A stretch of 64,000 nt of DNA, taken from positions 11,081-75,080 of IMG/VR virus record IMGVR_UViG_3300033463_000088. One strand, given 5' to 3'. Each line of letters opens with the position of its first letter. The first letter of the stretch is position 1. Below the pieces are notes generated by a model. The model made no database searches. It had not been told where the DNA came from and was given only the letters and a program-made list of their open reading frames with translations. Positions 54,245 through 62,903 of this stretch are shown in pieces. Origin of the DNA: a virus. Its lineage: Duplodnaviria; Caudoviricetes. The position numbers and the translations under genes were made by a program.

Positions 54245-57200
54245 TTATTCACCAACTTCTGGAGTTGGGTCAGATGAACCTGGGTCCTCAGTATTATCTG
54301 GGTCAGATGGCTCTGGATCAGGTGTTGGCTCTGGTTCAGATTGAGGTTCTGGTTGAGGAGTAGTTCCAAGTGTAATAACAATTGTATGTTCAGTATCTTT
54401 AGATGTTGGAATATAAGCTCTCTTAATACGACATTCATCTTTATTCTTAGCAGCCTTCCAGACAACTGTAGCATCACTGCCTTCTAAATCACTGGTTGCA
54501 AGAATTGTACCTTCAACACCATCAACAAGAACAGATGTAATAATAGCACTATGAGTCTTATCTTCATCATTTAATTGATGGTTGACCTTAAATTGATAGT
54601 CTTGTAAACCATTAACAGTTAATGGTGCCGTAACGACTGCCTTAGTTATTGTATCTTCAATATCATAGCTTGTATTATTTACAAAAGTTAATGTAACGTC
54701 TGCAACATCAACAACAACTTCAACAGTAACTTCAATATTACCAGCTACTTTAGTTAAAGTATAGTATGGTTTAGCATCTGTTGGGTTATTTAATTTATTA
54801 AAGTTATTATTAAGTTTTTTAGCACTTATTTGGAAAGCATAACCTTCTGCTGGAGTTCCCTCAACTCTAAAGTAAACTTTCGCAACATCACCAGTTGTAT
54901 CAGCTGATGGTAAACCATTTGCATCATCATATGCTTTATCGTACATTGTTCAAGTATTTTTATTCTCAACAACTATTGGTTCAGCTGGCATTTCAAGAAC
55001 ATTACCACTAATTAAACCTTCATCGAGCTCTGGATGAGCTGGAGGATTAACTGCACCTGGACCATATTTTACATATTTTTCAAGATGGTCTGCACCTCTA
55101 AAAATTCTAATTGTTGGAAGACTTGCAACTGGATAATCTAATGGAGCAACAACATTATATGTAATAGTGTGAGCTGGTATTTCAGATTCTAAAACAGCAT
55201 TTAATTCAATTGTTAAATCAGAATTAACTTTTGTAAATCTATATAAGCCAGGAATACCTGTGTTCCATTGTGTTTTGAAATTGTTATAACCATCTGCTGG
55301 AGTTACTCTTGGTTGTAAAACATAACCTGGAGTATTCCAATTTGGTTTAAAATTGAATTGGCCAGTCTTATCGATTTCTGGATAACCAAAGTCACCATCT
55401 CTTGCATAAATTGGACGACCATCTTTAACATAGTCTTTATGTGTTTCTGGAGCATCATCAATATCAATACGCTCTGGGCAAGCATATCTGTAAATATCAA
55501 TACTATCAGCAACATAAACTGTCTCATCATTAATTGTAACTGGACAATAGGCATGATCACCTAATGGACGACCGTCTGTTTTTGATGTATCAACAACATA
55601 ATTGATAATATTAATTTTCTTTGGAGCTCTAGCATCTAATTCAGCTTTTAAAGCATCATAAACAGCTTTAGAAACAAATTTTTCGTCAGCGGCAGCTTTT
55701 GAATAGCCATCGCCAGAATAAACTGTCCAAGGAGAACTACTTACTTCGTCAATAGATGGAATTTCAGCTTTAACATCTTCTGGAGCAACATAATTTCTTG
55801 CTCCTACATTATTTTCAACATTAGCAGCTGTATATAATACCGCAGTATTTACATATGACTGACCTACTTTTTGTAAAACTTCACCAGTTAAAGCTTCTAT
55901 AGAGACATCAGCACTATTTTCAGCAGCAATACTACCTAAAATAGTAATACCTGTATGATATTGAGTAGCAAGGATCTTACTTTGATATGTTAATTCGTCA
56001 CCGCTAGTAGTAATTAATGCATCAGTGGTATTTCCAATAATATAAATTGGGTCATCAGAGGCACTACGTTTAGTTGGGTTAGAACCAAACTTATTTATAA
56101 TATCATCTGGGTCTTCACCTAAACGAATATTATCAGCATAAACACCCATTGAACAACCGGTAATTCTTCTTAAACCGTCACCAGAGAATAATGCATAACT
56201 ATTTGGAGCAAAAACACCACAATCAGCAGTTCCGCAACCATCAATAATTACATCACCCTTAGAAGTAATTTGAACGCCTTTATTGGATTGGATAATATTA
56301 CCATGAGCTTTCTTAATAAAGATTAATTTATCATCATTTGTTTTAATCTTAACACGTTTTGTGGTAGAAGTATGAAGAATAAATGGGTCAGTTTCTTCAC
56401 TATCATTGTAGTAAACATCATTAAAAATTAAATCAATCTTTTTATCATCTGCTAATGGCTTTGTAATAATTTTATAGCCAGTAAAATTACCAGAAACTTT
56501 ATATTCAGTTGTTTCAGCACTTCCAGAAACTAATGTAAATACATTATTTGCATCTGGCAGAATCTGATCTAATGTATCAGCATTTTGAATAATTGGGCCA
56601 TTAGTAAAGTAGAAAAAATCTGCTGGATCTGTTTCTGTAATTTCAGCACCGTGAAGATTATTTAATCCTGCTAAAACTTTAACTCCTGAACTAACTGCAT
56701 GTCCAACTTCACCTAAATAAATGTTGGAATTAACAATATATTGTTTTGCTCCACTTGAACGACTTTCAAAAGCTGTTTCATTGCAGTGAGCAACATGGTA
56801 TTCACCACCTAAGATGAATAATCTACCGTCATCATCTGGGTCATCATGTCCTGCAGTAAATGCATCATTAGCATTAGCAACATAGAAATAACCATCAGTG
56901 ATTTTTAATAAGTTTTTGCCATGGAAAGCATCATGTTCTGCATCAACATAAATGTGAGGATTACCATCAACATAAAGTTCAGAAGCTTTAAAACCATGAC
57001 CTCTTGTATTTCTAACTGATAAATAACCAACACCAGTAATTGCTAAACCATTTTCGGAATTAATAACGCCTGGGTCTGCATCAGCATGTTCGCCTTCAAT
57101 ATCAACAACTAAATAGTTTTCAGTGCCATTAGCAATTTCAACTACAAGTCTCTTATCTTTTGGAGTATAATCAATAGCATAATCAACATCAGAGAAAATA

Positions 57201-57880
57201 CTAACATTATTTAAGATAATTTTTGTTCTATTATTTAAGGTATCTTTTAATTCACCATGTCCAATAACGATATGACCTTCTAAACAACCAGTTAATTCAT
57301 AGGTTCCGCAGGCTTCTAATTGGATAGTGCCTTGTGCTTGAGGAACACCATTAACTTTAAAGACGCTACCAGCATCATCACCAACAGTTAAAATTCTTTG
57401 AGCACTGTTGATTTTTGATTTCCATTCTTGTTCGACTTCTGTATCAGAAAGTTTTGTAACTCTTAATGTACCTTGATTAGCAGTACTTACTGGATAATTT
57501 AAGGCATTAACAACAGAATAGACACCTTCTTCAGTTAATTCATCTAATGAAACACCATCAACTGATTGATAATTGATGTCTTCATCTTCTTGAATAACTA
57601 AATCGCCTTCACCAAGAATGCTTTGACCATTAACAGTTTTAATGTTAACGCCAGAAACTAATGTGTCTTGTTTTGTTCCAGCAGTAATTTCTTCAAGATG
57701 TTCAGTAATATTATCTACTGTATCTTTTGCGCTTGTAGCAGCTTCATAAGCAGCATTAGCAGTTCTTTCAGCTTCTTCTGCGATAGAGTGGGCATTTTCA
57801 ATACCTTGCTCCATGTGATTGAAGTTTGTAGCGCTTAATTTGGTTTGGTTATTTACCCATTTAATCTTATCATAAGCCAT
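54245..57880 (-). CDS. 1211-aa protein with Cthe_2159-like carbohydrate-binding beta-helix domains, 1 TGA
   Basis: GTYELTG..EGHIVI, IILNNVSI, GVINSENGLAITG.G.L, HDAFH and DAFTAG patterns. KNT[W]TMYDK joins the two track ORFs; Pro/Glu-rich tail. Confidence 0.8.
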
Positions 57881-57895
57881 GTGTATTTTTTCTCC

Positions 57896-58435
57896 TTATC
57901 TACAACAAGTTAAGTTAGTTGAACAATATAATGTTTGTGAGCAGTATTCAGCAGCTCTTGGTTGTTTTGGACCACCAATAATTTCTGAATAGAGCGTTGC
58001 AACCGGCCAAAGAGGGGGTTGTCTTTCAATAATAATATCGTCATCATGTAATTTGACAGCAATTTCATATTCAATTGGTTTATCTGCTGGATATCTATCA
58101 GTAATTTCTGGTTTTAATTCAAGCCAAACTGTTTCTGTTAATTCATCATAAGAGAATTCATAACCAGCTTCGCTTGAACCATAATCGATAGCGCCAGTTT
58201 CCTCATCCATAAATGAGAAGTAATCAATTAAACCATTGTCATATTTAAAAATGAATGTTAGTTGTGAAACTTCTTCATAACCATAAGTTTTTCCAACGAA
58301 AGAAAATTTTAAGTCAGCTGTTCCGCCCTTATCGATTTTAGTTACATTTCTAAATCCCTGAGGTTTATGATTACAGAGATCGCCTTGCATTTTTGTTTTT
58401 AATTTGTAATCGTACATAGCAATCCTCCTAATCAA
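57896..58435 (-). CDS. Hypothetical structural-region protein
   Basis: 179-aa ORF; the true start may be MYDYK. Confidence 0.65.
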   Translation of the reverse strand: MIRRIAMYDYKLKTKMQGDLCNHKPQGFRNVTKIDKGGTADLKFSFVGKTYGYEEVSQLTFIFKYDNGLIDYFSFMDEETGAIDYGSSEAGYEFSYDELTETVWLELKPEITDRYPADKPIEYEIAVKLHDDDIIIERQPPLWPVATLYSEIIGGPKQPRAAEYCSQTLYCSTNLTCCR

Positions 58436-58874
58436 TACTTAAAATGCCATCAGTATCAGCAAATAAAATGTATTTTTCACCATTAATCATAGCATAAAGT
58501 TCTACACGATAATTTCCATAAGGTAATTCGTCGCCAGCATGAACTTGAGCAACTAAAACGTCATCAGAGAACTTATAAACCTCTGGAGAACACATAACTT
58601 TATGTCTTCTGTTAAGAATGTTGCAAACAACATCACTTTCCATAATTTCATTAATCATGCCATCACCACAAAGGTCGCTAAGACTAAAATAAATGTTAAA
58701 ATCAGAGTTTCTTTTAGCTAATAATCCCAAAACCTCACCTTTAACATTAGTTAATGGGACAGCGCCACCTGCAAAAGCAACATTATGCTTATGACAGTCG
58801 TGCCAGACTATTGGTTCTGGAAACTTTTTCTCATTGATATTGTAATCGTAATTATAAAACATGTCTTTTGCCAT
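58428..58874 (-). CDS. Hypothetical structural-region protein
   Basis: 148-aa ORF; its N-terminus (MFYNYDY) resembles that of the next gene. The late motif is at 58896-58905. Confidence 0.65.
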   Translation of the reverse strand: MAKDMFYNYDYNINEKKFPEPIVWHDCHKHNVAFAGGAVPLTNVKGEVLGLLAKRNSDFNIYFSLSDLCGDGMINEIMESDVVCNILNRRHKVMCSPEVYKFSDDVLVAQVHAGDELPYGNYRVELYAMINGEKYILFADTDGILSID

Positions 58875-58895
58875 ATCAATTCAACTCCATCACAA

Positions 58896-58905
58896 TAATT
58901 TAGCA
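58896..58905 (-). promoter_or_regulatory. Putative late-promoter motif TGCTAAATTA
   Basis: Between the 58923 terminator and ATG 58874. Confidence 0.65.
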
Positions 58906-58922
58906 ATTAAATGTCAGAAAAT

Positions 58923-58950
58923 AAAAAGACCTATATTAATAGGTCATTTT
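58923..58950 (-). terminator. Intrinsic terminator
   Basis: GACCTA/TAGGTC stem followed by a T-tract, after the holin-like gene. Confidence 0.65.
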
Positions 58951-58969
58951 AAATTTTGCTAAATTTTAG

Positions 58970-59314
58970 TTATTTTTTCATTCCATTGTACCACTTAATG
59001 CAGCTATCAATATAACTACCTAATTGGTCAATAAATGGATCTAAGTCAATACCAGCTGCTTTGCAACCTTCTTTGACCATATTAACAACTAATTCTTTCT
59101 TACCAGCGCCACTTAAGGTTGATCTTTCAGCTTCTTTCATAGCAGCGTCTGTAATTTCTTGAATCATAGCCCAAATTTCTTTAGAAGATTTTTCTTTTGT
59201 AGCTTTAATCCAGTTTCTAATTGCAAAGAATGTACCAACGCCTGTGCCGATTAAGCCGACTAAGCCAGTAATTAATGCAAGTAAGCCGTTAACTGTTGTA
59301 ATCCAATCACCCAT
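58970..59314 (-). CDS. Putative holin (LL-H-like)
   Basis: Single N-terminal TM helix, then A.KEAE...SGAGKKE.V amphipathic pattern and a basic C-terminus. Confidence 0.55.
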   Translation of the reverse strand: MGDWITTVNGLLALITGLVGLIGTGVGTFFAIRNWIKATKEKSSKEIWAMIQEITDAAMKEAERSTLSGAGKKELVVNMVKEGCKAAGIDLDPFIDQLGSYIDSCIKWYNGMKK

Positions 59315-59339
59315 ACTATTTGTTTCCTTTCTAAATTAT

Positions 59340-59846
59340 TTATTTGTCTTCTTTAGAAGCTCTTGGTTTTCTTTTCTTTTGAGGAAGTGCGTCAAGTTCT
59401 GTCTTCCATTGATCAACATATTCTTTAAAGTGATTTCCACCTAAATTACCATAAGTTGTATATAATTCATGCCAGTTAGCTTTTGTGCTTGTAGATGCAT
59501 AGCCTTCCTTACGACATTCGTCTAGAATTGCTTTCATCCTATCACGAAGTAATGTGACAGTCCCAATGGTATTGTCGGCTAAATCGCCTTTCATTTCAAC
59601 AATATTTTTATCTAATTGGTCAATCTTATTTTCTAATGGTTTGTTTTCTTCTTTAATTACTGCACGTAATTCTTCTTTATAAGCAGCTTTTTGACGTTCT
59701 TCTGCCTCTTCTTCATGTCTATTTTTTCTGCCTGCTTTGTATTTTGCTCTATCTGCAAAGTATACACCAACGCCGAATAAACCGGCAAGAGTTACAATTC
59801 CGGCCAAAATAATGGATATGATTTGAGCAATTTCTAATGGTGTCAT
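59340..59846 (-). CDS. Membrane-anchored lysis-region protein (holin-like)
   Basis: N-terminal TM, coiled coil, LLRDRM...LY..Y..LGGN. Start moved to ATG 59846 behind a GGAGG SD. Confidence 0.55.
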   Translation of the reverse strand: MTPLEIAQIISIILAGIVTLAGLFGVGVYFADRAKYKAGRKNRHEEEAEERQKAAYKEELRAVIKEENKPLENKIDQLDKNIVEMKGDLADNTIGTVTLLRDRMKAILDECRKEGYASTSTKANWHELYTTYGNLGGNHFKEYVDQWKTELDALPQKKRKPRASKEDK

Positions 59847-59891
59847 ATCACGACCCTCCATTTCTTGAAAAATATTTTGCAATTTTTCAAT

Positions 59892-59901
59892 TAATTTAGC
59901 A
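59892..59901 (-). promoter_or_regulatory. Putative late-promoter motif TGCTAAATTA
   Basis: Intergenic, upstream of the holin-like pair. Confidence 0.6.
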
Positions 59902-59918
59902 CTTAAATTAAAATTAAT

Positions 59919-60359
59919 TTATTTTTCTATTTTATCTATTGCTTTTGTACCTCATTTTGTAGCTTGTCCTTCAAACCAAATAGCATCATAATCTTTATTT
60001 GGAAGACCTTTTCTACTTCTATAATTTTGATATTGGTATCTAATTGCTGAAGGAATTGCAATAACAAATGGGAATAAAGGACCTCAAATTAAATTTTGTA
60101 GACTATGACCAAATTCATGTCTTCTAGTATGTTGAAATCAGGTTTCATCTGGACATTCAGTAGTATATCCACCGCAAAGAGAGACTGCACCAAGGTCTAA
60201 ACCGCCCCAATTGCCGCCAATTTCTACAATATATGAATAGCCATTCTTATGAACCTTTCCTTTTAAGAAAATAATACAGAAACCTGTAATAATTAAACCA
60301 AGAATAGTCATTAAGCCTCCCCAAGTGAGACTTCAAATCCAGAATAAAATTTTTTTCAT
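59919..60359 (-). CDS. Membrane HExGH zinc metalloprotease-like protein (146 aa), 4 TGA
   Basis: Not in the track. MKKILFWI[W]SLTWGGLMTILG...RRHEFGHSLQNLI[W]GPLF...YDAIWFEGQATK[W]G...-TAA. Confidence 0.8.
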
Positions 60360-60374
60360 AACTCAGCCCTCAGT

Positions 60375-60384
60375 TAATTTAGCA
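60375..60384 (-). promoter_or_regulatory. Putative late-promoter motif TGCTAAATTA
   Basis: Directly after the 60385 terminator and 15 nt before ATG 60359. Confidence 0.62.
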
Positions 60385-60414
60385 CAAAAAAAGACTTATA
60401 TAACATATAAGTCT
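60385..60414 (-). terminator. Intrinsic terminator
   Basis: AGACTTATA/TATAAGTCT stem followed by 7 T. Confidence 0.8.
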
Positions 60415-60437
60415 ATTTATGATAATATGATTGTCAG

Positions 60438-61406
60438 CTATTTAACAGTAACTGTTTCAATATGAGACACAGCTTTGTACTCTTCTAATTTAACATGATA
60501 TTTATTATAACAAACACCATCTTCAATTATTAAGACATTCTGCGGATGATAATAGGCTCCGATTGAAGTAACATATACTCCGCAATCAATACCGATTACA
60601 TCTTTACTATAATAAATTTTAGTAATAAAGCTACCAGTATTTTTTATATTCTTTAAATGCTTATAGAAATCTGCTACATGCCAGTGACCACAAACAATAG
60701 TTTTGCCTGTTTTATTCCAACCTTTTTTAGCTTTTGCCCAAGGACAACCCCATGTAGCATCACCCCACTCAGTTTGAGTAGCGTTTTTCCAGTCTTCTCT
60801 ATAACCTATTTCTTCTGGTGGGCAATTTGGGTCTAACATAGCAAACTTGGTAGCACATGGAATCCAGCTATGAACCATAATATATTTATCTAATTCAAAA
60901 TAGTTAACCCATCTTTTATCATCTAAAATTAGCTTTGTAATTGGGTGATTTTTAACAATTTCTAAAACTTGCTTCCAATGCTTATTTGTTAAGTCACCTT
61001 CTGGGTTATCATCAGCATCTTCCCAACCACGATAGAGGCTAAAATACTGATAATAACTATTTTTCTCAAAATAACCTTCAATACAATCAAAGTCTAACTG
61101 TTTTGTTCTTGCTATTTGACAAAAAGTGTCTACTGTATGATTATGAAAATCATGACTTTCTGGATAATCTTTTTCTAAAAGTTCTTTATATAATAATTCA
61201 TGGTTGCCACGAACTAAGATACAACGTTTTTTTGGAATAGAAGAAATAAATTTATAAATACTTAAAGCATCTGGCCCACGATCAAATAAATCACCTAAGA
61301 TTACCAAGGTGTGATTTTTGTTTTTCTTATCAAACCCAGCATCTTTTAATGCATTTTTGAATTCAATATAGAAACTATGAATGTCAGATACTACAAAATA
61401 TTTCAT
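60438..61406 (-). CDS. Calcineurin-like metallophosphoesterase
   Basis: SDIHS, GDLFDRG, RGNHE, VHS, GHWH and IDCG motifs; all Trp codons are TGG. Confidence 0.9.
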   Translation of the reverse strand: MKYFVVSDIHSFYIEFKNALKDAGFDKKNKNHTLVILGDLFDRGPDALSIYKFISSIPKKRCILVRGNHELLYKELLEKDYPESHDFHNHTVDTFCQIARTKQLDFDCIEGYFEKNSYYQYFSLYRGWEDADDNPEGDLTNKHWKQVLEIVKNHPITKLILDDKRWVNYFELDKYIMVHSWIPCATKFAMLDPNCPPEEIGYREDWKNATQTEWGDATWGCPWAKAKKGWNKTGKTIVCGHWHVADFYKHLKNIKNTGSFITKIYYSKDVIGIDCGVYVTSIGAYYHPQNVLIIEDGVCYNKYHVKLEEYKAVSHIETVTVK

Positions 61407-61416
61407 ATTAATTAAT

Positions 61417-61569
61417 TTAGTCGTCCCATTCCCAAATTGTTGCTAATACTGCGTATGGAAATGCAAATAATAAACCTAAAATAGCAAATGGAACAAATAA
61501 TACTGCGCCAAGTAATGCCAATGGAACACAAAATATTGAACCAAAAATTTTACCAACTGTAGATTTCAT
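61417..61569 (-). CDS. Small membrane protein (50 aa)
   Basis: MKSTVGKIFGSIFCVPLALLGAVLFVPFAILGLLFAFPYAVLATIWEWDD; its ATG overlaps the upstream stop. Confidence 0.6.
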   Translation of the reverse strand: MKSTVGKIFGSIFCVPLALLGAVLFVPFAILGLLFAFPYAVLATIWEWDD

Positions 61570-61907
61570 TATTGTAATACCTCCGCATCTTTTACTAAAT
61601 AATCATATACTGTTTCCCAGGTTTCTACTTCTGGAGTTTCTTGTAATTGCTTTGCTTTATGTTTTGCATCAAAATTATCAAAGTCATATAATTTATAAGT
61701 AATTAATTCTGTATGATCATACATTACTTTGGTAATTAATTTAAGTAATTTATCTTCATAATCACCATATAAGAATACATCACAATAAGTTTCTGGACTT
61801 AGTTCTTCTAATGCTTTACAGAATTTGTCTTGCTGAAGACTCTTCTTTTGAATGAACTCCATGTAAGTTACAAATTCTTGTTTACTGAGTAACATTTTAT
61901 TCTTCAT
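61569..61907 (-). CDS. Hypothetical protein
   Basis: 112-aa ORF in operon. Confidence 0.65.
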   Translation of the reverse strand: MKNKMLLSKQEFVTYMEFIQKKSLQQDKFCKALEELSPETYCDVFLYGDYEDKLLKLITKVMYDHTELITYKLYDFDNFDAKHKAKQLQETPEVETWETVYDYLVKDAEVLQ

Positions 61908-62397
61908 TTTTTAATAGCTCTTGTGCTTTCTTCTTTTGTTTTTTCTCTAATTTATTATAAGCTTCTTCAACTGTTTCTTCTGTAATTTCTTGTTTTTCTA
62001 GCATTTTTCTAAAAGCTTCTTGTTCAGCTTTATTATACCAAGTACCATATTCTGTTTTTTCCCAGCCTGGGTTTTCTTTTAGCCAATCATCTAAGCGATT
62101 TTTATAGTCTTCTTCATCCCAACACATTTCTGTATGATTATCTGGAAATTCTTTTTCTAACATAACTACTTGGTCATAATCAACAAATTCAAATTTACCT
62201 TCATCACCATATTCACTATTATAGCTAACATCAGTCCATTCTATAATAGAGCAATAGCCATCAGTAGTAATATGAATATCATAATATTGTTTATCATTCT
62301 TTTTATTGTGATCTAAAAGATAATTAAGCAAGTCATTAAATAAACCTTGTTCAACTTCTTCTGGTGTAAATGCTTGGTAGTTATAGTTTCTGTTCAT
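61897..62397 (-). CDS. Hypothetical protein
   Basis: 166-aa ORF with AGGAG SD and TTGTATAAT at 62417-62425. Confidence 0.7.
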   Translation of the reverse strand: MNRNYNYQAFTPEEVEQGLFNDLLNYLLDHNKKNDKQYYDIHITTDGYCSIIEWTDVSYNSEYGDEGKFEFVDYDQVVMLEKEFPDNHTEMCWDEEDYKNRLDDWLKENPGWEKTEYGTWYNKAEQEAFRKMLEKQEITEETVEEAYNKLEKKQKKKAQELLKNEE

Positions 62398-62436
62398 AAA
62401 AAACTCCTATATTTATATTATACAATATTTTCCATT

Positions 62437-62461
62437 AAAAAACCTCCATTTCTGGAGGCTT
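62437..62461 (-). terminator. Intrinsic terminator
   Basis: CCTCCA-GAAA-TGGAGG followed by TTTTTT. Confidence 0.85.
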
Positions 62462-62465
62462 ATTA

Positions 62466-62825
62466 TTACCAAGTAATAAAAATGCAATTGTCTCGAACTT
62501 CAGTTTTATAACCATCAATTTCGAGCTCTTTGAGCAAATGCTCTTTGCAAATAGGACTAAGATTTTCTGTAGCCCACTCAATGCTAATATAACCTTCTAA
62601 AGCAGTATCTCTAATATATTTATAGAGACGTGTTAATTGAACTATACTAGTATCAGCCATATTTCTGGCTTCTGTAGCATTGAGTCTTCTTTTTTGAAGC
62701 TTCTCAATATTTGCTAGTTTAAGTTCTGCAAGTTTTTTCTCTTCTTGCGCGTCAATGTCTGCTAGCTTAATATAGACATCTGGATCTACTTTGCCTTGTA
62801 AAGGCTCTCTTAATTGTTTACCCAT
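62466..62825 (-). CDS. Hypothetical protein
   Basis: 119-aa ORF; TTGTATAAT at 62887-62895. Confidence 0.65.
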   Translation of the reverse strand: MGKQLREPLQGKVDPDVYIKLADIDAQEEKKLAELKLANIEKLQKRRLNATEARNMADTSIVQLTRLYKYIRDTALEGYISIEWATENLSPICKEHLLKELEIDGYKTEVRDNCIFITW

Positions 62826-62903
62826 ATCTTCTCTTTCTGCGCTTACGAGCTATGATGCTATGGACCATCACGCGAACCCGTAGTATATTATACAATATTT
62901 TTA

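Noticed and set aside
18737-60359. Fragmented late genes read as pseudogenes, frameshifts or sequencing errors
   Set aside because: All breaks are in-frame TGA, never TAA/TAG or a frame change, and they fall at Trp-conserved positions.
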